From positions 159,962,001 to 160,026,000 of the forward strand of contig NC_058368.1 of assembly GCF_018350175.1 (NCBI RefSeq): a stretch of DNA of 64,000 nt, read 5' to 3'. How positions within the stretch are numbered: the first letter of the stretch is position 1; each line of letters starts with the position of its first letter. A model generated the notes under the pieces. That model was not told where the DNA came from. It did no database searches and was given only the letters and a program-made list of their open reading frames with translations. The translations under genes and the position numbers were made by a program. Positions 37,761 through 51,630 of the stretch are shown here, in pieces. Source of the DNA: Felis catus. Its lineage: Eukaryota.

Positions 37761-39100
37761 TCCTATAACTCTTCTTCATTTGTGGGTATCCCTTGCCTGG
37801 TTCAGGAAAAAGCTTTTACTACCTTTCTAAGTCCCTGGAGGGCGGGGTGGAGGTTGCGGTGCCAACTCGCAACAGAAAAACAACTCAAGGGACGTTGGTA
37901 ACTGTGTCAGTTTAACCTGCCGCAATTTAGTTGACGGTTTCTTTCATAACTGTAACTGCGGGCCTGTTACAAACCTTTAGAAATGTCGACGGAAACACTT
38001 TTCAAGCCTGGTGGTGTCCCATTTCACTCTGTTTGAAAGCATTTTTAAAATCAAAATTGTTTTATGCTTTATTTCCAGTCCATTGATCAGTCTTGAATCA
38101 ATCGAGGTTAATGATAAAACTCTCTAATCCTATTCTCCAGTGATTGGATTTGGTGCAAAGGCCTCCCATCCAAGCCAAATGAGTTTGAATGTGGTAGCTC
38201 CATCCCCAAAATAATGATTTTCTCCTGTGGGAAATATTCATGTTTTAGTCTACCAGCTGTTGAAATAGTTTGGTTTAAAGCCTTCAAAAAGATCTCAAAA
38301 CGTATCTCCAAATACCTGTTCGTTATATGGAAGAGTATTCATTCACCCTTTGGGAGTAGGGAAGGACAAACAGGTGCACATGGTCTACTCACAAAAATAT
38401 TAATGACTGGTAAAATGTAACACTACCATAATTTGCAAAATGATGTATGCCTCAGTCTATTTTTCTTTTTTCCTAGTTGTTAAATAGTTCTAATGCTGGA
38501 TTGTGAAGAATGATAGAATCATAACAAATATCCATTTCTGAAGTCCCTAAAAGTAGGAACTGCTAGTTTTTAATATTATGCTTTGAAAATATAAAGATGC
38601 CTTATTGATAGGGGCTTCTTGTGCCTCTAATCTCTCTTGGATTACTAGAGTGGTAAGTAAAAAGAAAAAGGCCCAGAAAAACAGTAACCATTGCAGTAAC
38701 CATTCTGAATCATCAGAAGTATGATTCAGATAATAAAGTCTTCAGTTATAACTGTACTGTAATTTGTCATTATCTTACAAAAACAATTGTATGAACTTAC
38801 TCTTTTTTTTTTTTTGAAAGCATATAGCAAATGTTTTTAAACTATTGATTGCTATTCGGATGTGATAGACTACATATAAACACTAGACACTTCGGATTTT
38901 TTTGCAAAAAAAATAAATTTATAAGAAAGTATTGAACCTTGGAGATTTATATTTCTGGTAAAATCATAATATACTTTATGACTCCACAGAATTTTAGAAT
39001 GACTGTTGAGAATGTGAAGAAATAACAAGGTAAGTGGAAAATGGGAACACTCTTGCCAGTTAAGTTTTTTAAGTTATTTGATAAATAAAGCAAGTGTATT
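37100..39100 (+). ncRNA. Candidate divergent lncRNA region (positional equivalent of human CHD1-DT); limits uncertain
   Basis: Head-to-head with CHD1, free of recognisable repeats, with plus-strand splice signals and AATAAA at 38732, 38912 and 39084. Transcription is inferred from the human locus, not shown here. Confidence 0.4.
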
Positions 39101-42100
39101 TTTTTGATATTTGATATTTGTTATCTGTACAGTTAAATTTTTAGGTTCACTTTGTTTGAACAAACTTTGTCTTTATTGGTACTAAAAAGACAGTTGATAA
39201 TCTCAGCACATGACTAGCAAAATCCTGAAAATTAATGTCAACCAGGAAGTCTTTATTATTTCCTGTTTGAGAAATTCCATATTCTTTGGAAAGCATATTA
39301 CTTTTACAAAATCTAGGATAGCCCTTTGTGGGTCCTTGATTCTGATATGCTTTACTGGGACTAGTTACTGATGGGTATCCGTAGGTGAAGGTAGATTGAG
39401 AAACATACAGAATTGCAAGATGTTCAACATAAAGACAATGGTAACTCTTGTTTTTCTCATAAATGTTTTGGATGCCAAGATAGAATTTTAATTCCATAAT
39501 TATGTTCTTGTTGCCTAGAGAATTTGTGTTTGAGAAGCTGCTAAAACAATCAGAATAGTATTAAAATAGCTTAGAATCTAAACCTATGTCATCATCCCCC
39601 AGATCCTTGCCAAACAGAGGAATAGCTTTCCAAATATGATACTTAAATTTACAGAGCCCTCTATAAATAGAACCCAGGAAATTCTAAGTCACCTTATAGT
39701 GAATATTTACATTTTCTATTTTCTTAATCATTAAAATTCTAGAACAGGAGCTGTGGTTCCCAGCGTTGGACAAGGGGCAGGAGTCTGTACCCAGGAAGTT
39801 TTTTTTCCTAAAGATACATATTGGGCACTCCCTTCCCTTCTCTGATGCACAGAAATTTCTAGGTTCTGGATAGTGTTTAGAAATTTTTTCTGACATCCAC
39901 CAACATCTCATTTGCCATGTTTATGGCCATTGCATTTGGGTTATTTTTACTGATAAATTCTTGAATCACAAGTTAAATTTCAAATGAAAGTTTTAAGAGG
40001 CGATACTAAGGGGCAACAATATATAAAGTCTAACCATTGGAGTATATATGAAGATTCTACCTCCTCTAATTTCAAAGTTAAGTGTACACATGGCAAAAAG
40101 TTTAGCTACTAATATCAAATTGGTACATTGATGCTGTATCATTCCTCACCTGCAGATTCTTTATTGTCCATTTTACCTCATGTATGTTGTCTTCAGCCTT
40201 TCTCTTAATCCTCACTATGTTTATTTAGGCCTCAATTTCTCTACTTCTTTTCCTCTAGCTCACCCTGTAGGCTTCCTTTCAGACTTGAAATCCAATGAAA
40301 TTGCTCCCCTGATTTAAGTCCACATATTTAAATATACCACAAATCTGCCTACATATTTTATGTAGTCTTTCACAGTCTGACCCCAGCATTGCCTCCCGTC
40401 ATTCCTAAGAGGCACATGACACTAGCCATACATTTCTTCAGGTCATCCTAAAGGTACCTTTCATTGTAAATGGATATAGTTTATCTTATGAATTAGCCTC
40501 TTACAAGTTTAAGTAAGTCATGAAGGATTGTTGAGTGTCCTCATGCAGTTGTACTGACGCCTTAGGCGACACCTCCCTTTTAGGTCATCAAATTGTGTAT
40601 TCTAAGTGCAGCCGTGTCTTTGTAATAAAGCATTTGTTTTCATACTACATCGTGAGCTCCTTGAGTACAGGCTGTCTGTCCCCAGTGCATTATGTTGATA
40701 TTTATTCAATAAATTGCATACCAGCCATTCTGCGGGGGGAGGGGGAGAGTTGTGAGGGGATCATAATAGAGTAAAAACAGATACTTTAAAGAGTTAAAGT
40801 CTAGTACAGGAAACAATCCTAGTGTGAAATCATAACAGAAAAATGGTATGAAGAATCAATCATAAGAGAATTCATAATGGAGAATCCTGGTCAGAAAAGT
40901 CTCCCTAAAGGAGTGACATTCTGAGAACTGAAGAATTAATATGAAGTAGGTAAGCAAAAGAAATGTAAAGAGCTTTACAGGTAAAAGAAATAACATGGGC
41001 AAAAATTCTGGGGCCAGATAAATGAGGTCAACTTCTCTCCCAGTTTGCCGAGGATGGGCATTTTTCACTTTTAGAAATGCTCTGGGTTTGGACTGGTCTG
41101 GAACCTGGTACTGCTAGAACAGACAGTACTGAGGGAGATGAAGCTGTGTAGGAGCCAGGCTATTCAGGGCCCAAAGCTAGGTAAAGAAGTGGGTTCTTGG
41201 AACAAAAGGAAACTTTTGGAGGAGTTTAAACTGTGGAGTTTATTTTGCAAATTGGAAAGTTTAGCCTTAAAAAAAGATTAGTGGCATGTCAAGGAAGACA
41301 CAACATTCTTAAGTGAATTAGGCTAAAAAATAACTTGATAGTGTTAATGGTAGAAGAGAGCAGATTTGTAAGTGTCCACAGGATTTGCCGATGCAACTAG
41401 ATTCAGGGTTAGGAGGAGGAGGGAAGCTGTACACATAATGGAATGGAAAAAATGGTAATGGCATTCACTTCACTTGTAAAATGTTTGGAGATGGGTAGGT
41501 GTGGGGATCATAAATTTGGGATTTAACTGACTTTCTGATGCCTCTGAGCCATCTAAGTCTTTGAGATAGAAGTCCAGAACTTAGAAGAGAGATCTGGACT
41601 GAATAAAAGCTGTTAAGTGTGTGCAGAGAAGTTAAAGTCTTAAGTATACATGAAATTAACTTGGAAGACAGCCTAGGAGTATGCAGTCAAGAACTTAAAT
41701 TAATTTTTGGCCAGTAGAGGAAGATGAGCTGGATAAGGAGTTGCAGATGTTAAGGGTGTTGTGCAATGGAGAACAAAGACAAGTACTTCAAGGAAAGAGT
41801 GGTAGGTAAATAGTGTATAGTACTATTGAGAATCATGAAATAAAGTCAAAATATCCATTGAATTCACTAACACGATAAGCATCTGTTGCCTTAGAACTAT
41901 TTTGTTGGAATAATAGAGCTAGAAGCCAGACTGGAGTGGAATGTGATAAATGAAGAAATTGGATCATTGAGTCTAAAATTCTCTTTCAGATGGTTTGACT
42001 TTGACTTGGGAGGAAATATGAACTGCTCTGTTTGCTTATGACAGGGGAAGGGCTGTGGATTTTTATTAGTTTAGGTGAAAGACTTAACATGTTTCAAAGA

Positions 42101-42554
42101 CAGTGAGAAATGCCCTTTTGAGAGAGGCTGATTAGAAAAGAGGGGTAAGAATTAGCTGGAAGGATTAACATATTCATCATTCAAAAAAGGAAATACATTA
42201 AAAGTCTGATCTGAGAAAAATATTTTTTTTCAATCAGGAACTAAACACAAGATACCACTGTTTATACTTAGGGGCTATAGGTGGTTAATGTGATTTGAGA
42301 ATTTCTGGCAGCCTTCTAGTCCCCAAATATATGTATGCCTCATACTCTACTAATGTTTGAAAAATTGTTGGTAGAAATCTATTTTAAAGCATATATTGCT
42401 GGGAAGAGTACTATGCTATAAAGTAAGTTCTGAACTGTGCAAAAAGAAATTTTGGGTGGCTTTGCAAGAAAAATGCTCAAGCCCTACCTCAAGAGATTAC
42501 ATCCCATTGTTTTGAGGTGAAGCCTTGGCGTATGCATTCTTTAAAAGCTCACCT

Positions 42555-42776
42555 CTTTTTTTTTTTTTTTTTAACGTTTATTTAAGAGTGCATCTGTGCG
42601 ATGGAGCACCAGCAGGGGAGGGGCAGAGAGAGGAGGAGAGAGAGAGAGAATCCCAAGCAGGATCCGTGCTATCAGCATAGAGCCCAGTGCAGGGATCCAT
42701 CTCATAACCGTGAGACCATGACCTGAACTGAAATCAAGAGTCAGACGCTTAACTGACTGAGTCACCCAGGCACCCC
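42555..42776 (-). mobile_element. Can-SINE inserted in a MER5-like remnant, TSD AAAAGCTCACCT
   Basis: TSD at 42543-42554 and 42777-42788; flanks join to ...AAGCTC...GATGATTCTAATGTGC. Confidence 0.9.
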
Positions 42777-42910
42777 AAAAGCTCACCTTTTTTTAAAGAT
42801 GATTCTAATGTGCTGTTAGTACTGGAAAACTGTGGACATCATTGTATTAACACTGCATTGACTCATGATAGTTTAGATAAACTGTGGAGAGGCCAGGATA
42901 CTTATTTTGA

Positions 42911-43133
42911 CAATAGTGGTTATTAATGGGGCAAGGAGAAATTTTGGCCCACAGGTGACATTTAGCAATATCTGGAAACATTTTTGGTTGTCAAGATGAA
43001 TGGCAGGTGCTGCTGACATATAGTGGGTAGAGGCCAGATATACTGCTACAGATCCTACAATTCACTGGACAGCCCCAATAACAAGGAGTCATCTCGCCCC
43101 AAAAGACAATAGTACCATTGTTGAGCAACCCTC
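42911..43133 (+). mobile_element. MER20-like hAT MITE
   Basis: GACATTTAGCAATATCTGGAAACATTTTTGGTTGTCA...GTGGGTAGAGGCCAG. Confidence 0.8.
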
Positions 43134-43344
43134 CTATAAAGGATGACAAGCAAGGTAGTATTTTTAGTGAAATGTTAACGAGTGGAGTTGTGGTTTGGTA
43201 AGGGTGCTAATGAAGGAGGATTTACTCTGACAGCCTAAACTCAGCCTTGCTTGTAAACAACAAAACAACCCGCAAATACATTTGCGGAACAAAGAAATGT
43301 AACTAGCATTAATAGACTGTTATTTTCCTTGTTTAAAAGAAAAT

Positions 43345-43895
43345 ACAGCATACCTGAAACTCTTATTGCTGGTGGGAGTGTAAATTGGTCACAGCCACTT
43401 TGGAAAATTGATGGCAGTATCCATTATAGCTGAACTTACGCCTGCCCTATATCAGCAGTTTCTATCCCGTGTATAGCCGAGAGAAATTAATGTAGGTGCC
43501 TGCTAAAAGTTTTGTATACAAATGTTCGTGGCAGTTTGATTGATTATGGCATCAAACTGGAACAAAGTGAAGTATATCTATGCAATGAAATACTACCCAG
43601 CAGTCAAAAAGAAGACCTACAATAACAAGGATGGATCTCACAGGAATTGTGTTCAGTGAAATAGATATAAAAGAACTCATACTATATAATTTTATTTATA
43701 CAAAATTAAAACTATGATGATAAAAGGATAGTAACCTCTCAGGGCATGGATATTAGAAGAGGTATAAATGAAATAATGGAAATGTTCTTTCTATATCTTG
43801 ATCTGGCTGATTCTATGAGTGTAAACATGAAAAAGTTTGAGCTGAACATTTTAGTTTTGTTACTGTGTATATAATATATCCCCATTTCTTAAAAA
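43345..43895 (+). mobile_element. Ancient L1M 3' fragment
   Basis: GAAACTCTTATTGCTGGTGGGAGTGTAAATTGG...CCACTTTGGAAAA. Confidence 0.7.
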
Positions 43896-43904
43896 TTTGG
43901 GAAA

Positions 43905-44098
43905 GAGGGGTGCCTGGGTGGCTCAGTTAAGCATCTACCTTTGGCTCAGGTCATGATCTCATGGTACACGGGTTCGAGCCCTGCCGCTGTTGGGCCCTGT
44001 GCTAACAGCTCAGAGCCTGAAACCTGCTTCAGATCCTTTGTCTCCCTCTCTCTCTGCCCTCCCCCCAAAATAAATACTATTTTTTTAAAAAAAAAAAT
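43905..44098 (+). mobile_element. Can-SINE
   Basis: Canonical head, body and tail. Confidence 0.9.
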
Positions 44099-44567
44099 TG
44101 AGGAAGGAAACTAGGAAACCTAATTTTGAACTATTTGAAGTCTTGTATCTCAAGTGCTTGATTAAATACAGTGTTATTATCTAATAGGTTCACAATGCAA
44201 GCAACTCTAATGCATTGCTTTAGTGAAAATAAATTTCAGATTTGGAGTTATATCTAGTTTTGAACCACAGCTTCATTATTAGCTATGTGACATTGGGCAA
44301 GTCACTGATATTGGGACTTTTTTGTGACTATGGAAGAACAGAAGACCGTGAGTTAAAAGTATAGAAAAATCCACCATTTGTTTTGTTTTAATTTTAGTCT
44401 TATTTCATTATCCTCCACCACTGAGAAATATTTACAGACATACAGGGGTGAGCTTCAGCAAATATATATGTATTAAGTAACTTAATGCCTCCGTCTTTAG
44501 CTAGGATGAACAACTGAATCCCATCTGGACCAGTCAGATTCTCTTGAGCATTTGAAATTGGGATTGA

Positions 44568-44714
44568 GAGGGGCACCTGGTGGCTCAGTCAGTTGAGTGT
44601 GTCTGTCTCTTAATTTTGGTTCAGGTCATGGGATGGAGCCCTGCGTTGGACTCTGTGCTGAGCATGGAGCCTGCTTAGGAGTCTCTCTCCCTCTCCTTCT
44701 GCCCTTCTCACCTG

Positions 44715-44767
<53 letters not shown>

Positions 44768-44790
44768 AAGAAATTAAAAACAATAAAATT
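44568..44790 (+). mobile_element. Can-SINE with (CT)n
   Basis: Canonical head, body and tail. Confidence 0.9.
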
Positions 44791-46571
44791 GGGGTCGAGA
44801 AAGTTTATCAGTTGATCTGTTCTGAGAAAGGAAGTTAGGTCAAGGCTACCTTACTTGGGAGCAGCAAATCAGACCACAGATACCTCAACCTCTCAAGCAC
44901 CTCTCTTTCTCCAGTACAAACTCAATCTGAGTTGTGTTGCAGACTAAGAATGATCTCAGATTATAATGTCATTCAGTGTTCTAACTATGTGAGGTTGGTA
45001 CTATTATCCCTACCTTACAGGTGAGGAAATTCAGAATCTTGACCAAAGTAAACATGAGAGGAAGCTAAAATAAAACTCAGGCAGTTTGACTCCAGAATCT
45101 GTGCTTTCCATGAAGCCATGCTGACAGATCAGACACAGCTGTAAGAGTTGCCTTGGCTCCAGATAGGTTTCCATTTCTTGATCTCATTGCCTTGAAAAGA
45201 TTGAGTTTGCTTCCTATCTCTGAATTTTTCATCATAATTTATCCTTATAATAAAATTTCTTGCCGTTGCTTAAACTAGCTTGAGTGAATTTCTGCCAGTT
45301 GCAACTAGAAGAGTCTCCAGTTTGACTGTGAATGGGATTGAAAATAACAAAGCTCAGAGAAACTGAAACTGACTGAATCAAGGTGGAATCGTAGACAATA
45401 CTTCCCTAACATGCGGACTTGTTAGCTTGTATTACACAATTCTGAATCTTTTACCTAGGCTTTCTCCAATAGTCTCTTAGAACTCAAAGTATATATACAC
45501 TGAGGCAAGGCATTAGAGAATTTTGTAGCTACATTAAAAAAAAAAAAGTCAAGTGCATTGGTTACTATATGCACTTGAGTTTTTAAAAGTTGATTAGAAA
45601 AGAAATTCTAAAAGTTCTCTGAAGAAAGTCAGTTGCACCAAATTTGGCTATTTATGCCAAATTTAGCACGTTGGACAATTATTGGAAGCCAATTTGCCTT
45701 TGGTCTGAAAGCGTATAAACAGCTCCAGAAATTAAGGGGTTTATTGAATTGCAACATTTTTTTTTGCCACCTTGTTCTTAACACTGAAGTTTATACATTG
45801 AATTCCAGAAAGTGAAGTTTTATTAATAGCAATGGAACACTCAAGAAGAAGCAAATGATGTTAAGGAACTCCAGTTTTTCAGTTTCCTTCAAAACATTTT
45901 TCACTGCCCATCCCCTTCCATGCCTCACAAAAGTGTGATGATCCTTTAGATTGTCTATCAGTAGCTGCCAAGATTGGAATGCACTATGTGTCTGGGAATG
46001 TTACTAAATGGCAAACTGCAAGCTGTCATGCACACGTTTCCTCTTGTTTGCTTTGAGGCTAACTCAGAACAATGAGGATGGGCAGAATCACAGCTGTTGC
46101 TAAGAAACAGAAGTCCAGAAGAATTGACAACTTTAGGAGAAACCTGACCCACTAAGGTCTTCAGCATTAGCTAAATACAAAACAAATCTCCCTGAAAGAA
46201 AATTGGCAGGCAGTCCTTCACAGTGGAACGGTTGCATGCCATAAGCCCCAGAGTAGACTCAGACCACAGACTACCTCAAACACCTCTCATTCTCCAGCAC
46301 AAAAGAATGCACCAGCCAGAAGTGGGCACCCTTGACCCAAATGAAGAACCTTAGTGTCCCTTGTCAGGGGTGGCCCTGGAAGACTCTGTAAATGAGAATA
46401 CAAATGGGGTGCAGCCAGATTTCCTAATAACTTACTAGGAAGTGGGTCTATTAGCTCATGCCTGATAAGATTTCAAGGGCCTATTTACTATCCCATTCCT
46501 GCTGGATATAATATATCATTTAGTTGAACTAGTTGAATTTACATTTAGTCCCCATATTGCAGAATTCAAGT

Positions 46572-46999
46572 ATTTTTTTAACTTTATTTTGAGACAGTGT
46601 GAGCAGGGGAAGGGGCAGAGAGAGAAGGGGACACAGAATCCGAAGCAGGCTCCAGGCTCTGTCAGTCCAGAGCCCCACACGGGGCTGGAACTCACAAACC
46701 ATGAGATCATGACCTAAGCCGAAGTTGAACGCCCAACCAACAGCCTTCCAGGTGCCCCTATTCAAGTATTTCTTAGGTGCTCTTTTTTTTTTTTTTTTGA
46801 TTTTTTTAATGTTTATTAGAGAGAGAAACAGAGTGTGAGCAAGAGAGGGGCAGAGAGAGAAGGAGACACAGAATCCGAAGCAGGCTCCAGGCTCTGAGCT
46901 GTCAGCACAGAGCCCGACGCAGGGCTCAAACTCAGGAACCGTGAGATCATGACCGAGCCAAACTCGGAGGCTTAAATGACTGAACCGCCCAGGCACCCC
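46572..46999 (-). mobile_element. Two tandem Can-SINEs (~46572-46759 and ~46783-46999)
   Basis: The first is flanked by TSD ATTCAAGTATTT. Confidence 0.92.
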
Positions 47000-49049
47000 T
47001 CTTAAGTTCGCTTTCTATGCCTATCCTTGTGGTAGGTACATGGAAAGCAGTGTTAAGATGGACATGGGTTTTTTTCTCACTTGGAGTTTATATTCTACTT
47101 TGGGGGAGGGAAAGAAGAGAGATCATTAAGGAAAGAAGTTACAAACTGGGATGGGCTTTGTAGGGGAAAGGTGAGGTAACGCCAGAGAAAGTAAAAACAC
47201 TTAAATGGAAAGAGAAGTAGAGTGGTCAGGGAAGGCTTCTTTGAGCTGTTACTGGGAGGATGAGGTAGTGCCTATTGTATGAAGAACCATGGGAAAAGCA
47301 GGAAGAAGAACAGGTGCAAAGACCGTAAGGTAAGAAGGGGTTTCTTCTATGTGAAGAACCAAAGGAGGCAAGTATAGCTGTAGCATAGTGTGTGAGAAGT
47401 TAAGTTGCTAATGGACTCAAAAGACATTCAAGGAACCTCCTTTGATCCAGAGCCTTGTCGTCTCTGGAAAGCATTTGGGTTTAATTCCAAACACAAGAAG
47501 ATGCTATTGAAAGGCTTTACACCAAAGAATAGCATAATCTGATTTACTTTCTACAAAATTGTAGCTGCTATGTAGAAAATGGATAATAGTAGCAAAAGTG
47601 AAAATGGCTCTAACTCTTCACTTATAAAGCTATTCTAGTATACAATAGCTGTGAGGATTAGAAGAGTATCTTTGAAATGTAGAAAAGGTGGAATCAAGAT
47701 TAATTTGGGATAGAAGAGTAACATTTGAGTTGAGGACCTTATTTGCTATACAGTAGAATCTAAATATATCAGTAAATAGCAAACAAGTATTTTTGGAGGG
47801 GAATGTGGAGATGAATATCAAAGCACTAGAAATGTTGAAGGTATTTCAGAGTGGAGACGACTGGGAGAGGGAGATGCTATTTTTTTCCCATAAACATTCA
47901 ATATCACTGTTTACTAAAAAAAGTATGTGTGTATGTGTGTGTACATAAAACCTTTGTTGTGAAAAGGTGTGTGGTAATGGATGGTATAAGTCAACAAAGC
48001 ATTTTTTTAGTTGAAAATACTGATATATGTTGGTACACTGGCATGAATAATAAGCAGAGAATGAAAGTTTGATGATGTGCTGTAGACAGAATAACTGAAG
48101 AAGCAACACTGAGAAGAAGAGAAAATATAGGTGTCAAGAGTTACAGTCACCCATGATTGAGAAAATGACACTATTTCCATTTTAACAGAAAAGAAGGCTG
48201 AGAAGGTGAGTGCAGATGCAGAGAGGTTTGAATATTTGTTATAATGAAAATGAAGTAAATCCTGTCTGATGGTTTCTGTATTCACCATGACTTATGGAAA
48301 TAGATCATCAGCTGAAAATGAGTAAAAGTGAAGGAGTCTGACATGATAGGAAAAAAATATATATATATGGCATTTTCCCCTTATAGGATGTAAAGACGAA
48401 TTTCCTAGGGAAGCATAGTAGGACTACCAGATTATCTTGGATGTTTGTTTGCAGTCTGTGGTTATGAGTTTAAAGAGAAATGAGTTAGCTGATTGTATTA
48501 TTTCTTTATGAAATTGCTTGGGTCTCTGTACAAAGAAACAAATAATTGAAATCAAGCAGATTTCAGATTTTGTGAAATGAGCTCAACAGAGAGATGGGAG
48601 TCAAGGCAGTTGATTTCACTTCAAAAGGAATGGTCGTATGATGAAAACATGAAATCCAAGCTGGGTAAATGTAAGAGTGAATATAGATAATTAAAAAGCA
48701 GTGGGAGTGGAGGAGGATGTCAATGAACTGGAGGTCTGTAAGAAGCTAAAGACTTACAGCAAACTAAAGTGAGCTGGACATATAGGAAGTAGTGGACCAA
48801 AAAGGATGTTCAAAATTGATATTTCACAGAGTACAGTTATCAGTATTTACACAGTCCAGGATTAGTCCAGGATATAAACTGAGGTTGGCAATGGTCTTTG
48901 GAAGTGACGAAGGTTCCATGTGTAAGGAGCTTGGAAGTCTCCACTCTATGCTAGCAAACTATACAATCAGCAACTCTTCTTGGATCAGGAAGAGAAGGGA
49001 CAACACAGGACAAACCTCTGCCACCAAGATTGGCAAGACAAACAAATAC

Positions 49050-49860
49050 ACAGATTAGAAAAGTCTGAACTGTAATTGATGAATTGCTGGAGGCTTTGTG
49101 TAGACAACTCTGAGAGTTACAAAATCAGGGGACCCAGTCATAGAGGGGCCTACCCAAATATTGTGAGATTTACCTCCAAGAGCTTGACTAGGTTCCCACA
49201 GCAAATATCTGACAAGAATTCCCTTGTGCTTTCTACAGGGGGAGGGGGAAAGAACCATTTGAACATACTTCAGATCATTCTCTTCTTTTAAAACAGGCTT
49301 GCCCTCAGGAGAAACTAGTTAGCCAGCACCTACCTAACTTGCTAGGCTATTATCAAAGCCTAACTGACCTAGGGGAAGGGAAACACCCAATTCCTACCCA
49401 CTCTAGTCATCCTGTCTCACCTCAGGAGGACAGAAAAAAACCGAGAAACCCAGTTCACAGTTCAGAGACCTAGGGACACTAAAAGACTAAGATCTAATCA
49501 CCTGATTGTAGAATGTTTCTCCTCCACCAACACCTCAACACTGTATCACTAAGTCTATTTACTGCAATTCCTTTTATTCAGTACATTATGTCCAACTATG
49601 AAGAAAAAATTTCCACGTATACCAAAAGGCAAAAAAAAACACAACTTGGACAGTGTAAGCATCAGAACCAGACATGGCAGAGTTGTTGGGAATTATCAGA
49701 TGAGGAATTTAGAACAACTATGATTAATATACAATGAACAATAATGAACAAAGTAGGCAGCATAAAAGAGCAGATGGGCAATGTACGGAGAGAGTTGGAA
49801 ATCCTAAGAAAGAAACAAAAAGGAATGATAGAGGTTAAAAAACAAAAACGTAACAAAAGA
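49050..49860 (+). mobile_element. Ancient L1M 5' region / degenerate ORF1 start
   Basis: Translates partly as ELSDEEFRTTMIN followed by ...EQMGNVRRELEILRKKQKGMIE, typical of the L1 ORF1p coiled-coil start; stops present. Confidence 0.7.
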
Positions 49861-50754
49861 ACTAAGAGACTATGCCATTGGATGGATCATCTAAATATAC
49901 TTGAAAGTCACTGAGAATGACTACGTATAGTGTTGGAAAGGGGAAATAGGATAATAAACCAGGAAATAAAGCGGTCAATAAATAACAGAATGACTAGAAG
50001 TGGACAGCTGTGGAGGGCTGACCAGTGATAGACCTGTGACATTAGCTTCAGAGGACCTTGTATTTTTGGAGACAAGGAGGACATGCCCCAGAGCCTGTCC
50101 CTGGAATTCACTATATAGGGGCAAAGAAAGTCTTCCATTGAAAAGAATATAGTTGAGTCATTATTAATTTAATACAGCAGAGACTCATTTAATGCTAAGA
50201 ATGTAGGTCCTATTTTGATAGGGACACATTCTATTCAACAGCTATATGTGAAACAGATACATATTGTGCTTTTTGTTTTAGGTGTTTGACATACAGCAAT
50301 CAACAAAAAATCCAAGTCTCTGCATTTTTTTGGAACTTGTGTTCATGTGTGGGGAGCCAGAAATTAAACATACCTTATATCTGGTAGTGGTAAGCGCTGC
50401 GAAGAAAAAAATACGTATTTTCAGAGGGATGGAGGGTGATGGAGATGGTATTTTAAACAAGGTCACAGAGAGCTTTTCTGATAAGGTCATAGATATGTGA
50501 GCCAAAAACTGAATAAAGTAAAGCAGAGAGTCGTGCAGATATTTGGCAGGGGCAGGGGCATTCCATGCAGAAGGAAGAGAGAGGACAAAGCCATAAGGCC
50601 AGAGGGTACATAATAATAAACAAGGAATCTAATTTGAGTTCAGTAGAGTGAGCACTCACATTCAAATTATTTGTTTGTTTATACTAATTTTTGTATTAAC
50701 ATTGAGGAAGGAGACGTGCTCATTTAGCCAGAAGCTTCTCTATCTCTTTTCACA

Positions 50755-50978
50755 TTTTATTTAAAAAAAAATTTTTGTTTAAGTTTATTTATTTTTGAGA
50801 GAGAGAGAGAGAGACAGAGTATGAGCAGAGGAGGGGAAGAGAGAGAGGGAGAGATTCTGAAACAGGCTCCAGGCTCTGAGCTGTCAGCCCAGAGCCCAAC
50901 GTGGGGCTTGAACCCACAAACCATGAGATCATGACCTGGGCCAAAGTTGGACACAACCAACTGAGCCATCCCGGCACA
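50755..50978 (-). mobile_element. Can-SINE
   Basis: Reverse-strand canonical structure. Confidence 0.9.
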
Positions 50979-51425
50979 CATTTCACATTTTAAATTCTCC
51001 ATAGTTGTTAATTTTTCACCCTGAAATGTGAAATATTTAGAGATTTGGTATAGCATATTAAGGCATAAATGCTTTATTTAAAAAAAAAAACTAAAAATCA
51101 ATTTGATTTTATGCTTTCTTAATATTATTTAATATGGTGGATCACCTATTGTTTACTCTGACTAGTTAAGATCACTTTCATTAGAGAAATGTAAGTAAAA
51201 ATTACATGACACTATCCTTTTATTTATGTCACTAGCAAAACTTCCAGAGAAGATGGTAGGTGAGCCTACCTGATTCATCTGAAATAAATAAGACAAACAA
51301 GTACCAGTACTTTAAATTTGATGTTCTTTCTGTCTTCATAGTTAAATTAACATCTAGTCACTAATAAATAAAGCTGATTAAACATTTTCAACACTATTCA
51401 AACTTTTTAAAAAAAAAAACATAGG

Positions 51426-51630
51426 ATGGGGCACCTGGGTGGCTCAGTCAGCTTTGGCTCAGGTCATGGTTTTGCGGTTCGTGAGTTCAAGCCCCACGTT
51501 GGGCTGTGTGCTGACAGCTTAGAGCCTGGAGCCTGCTTTGAGTTTTATGTCTCCCTCTGTCTCTGCGCCTCCCCTGCTCATGCTCTGTCTCTCTCAAAAA
51601 TAAATAAACAAAAAATAAATAAATAAATAA
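51426..51630 (+). mobile_element. Can-SINE
   Basis: Canonical structure with a small internal deletion. Confidence 0.9.

Noticed and set aside
35867..37768. Many overlapping 100-230 aa ORFs on both strands
   Set aside because: Pro/Arg/Gly/Ala-rich, mostly non-ATG starts, no recognisable domain; expected from stop-codon scarcity in a CpG island.
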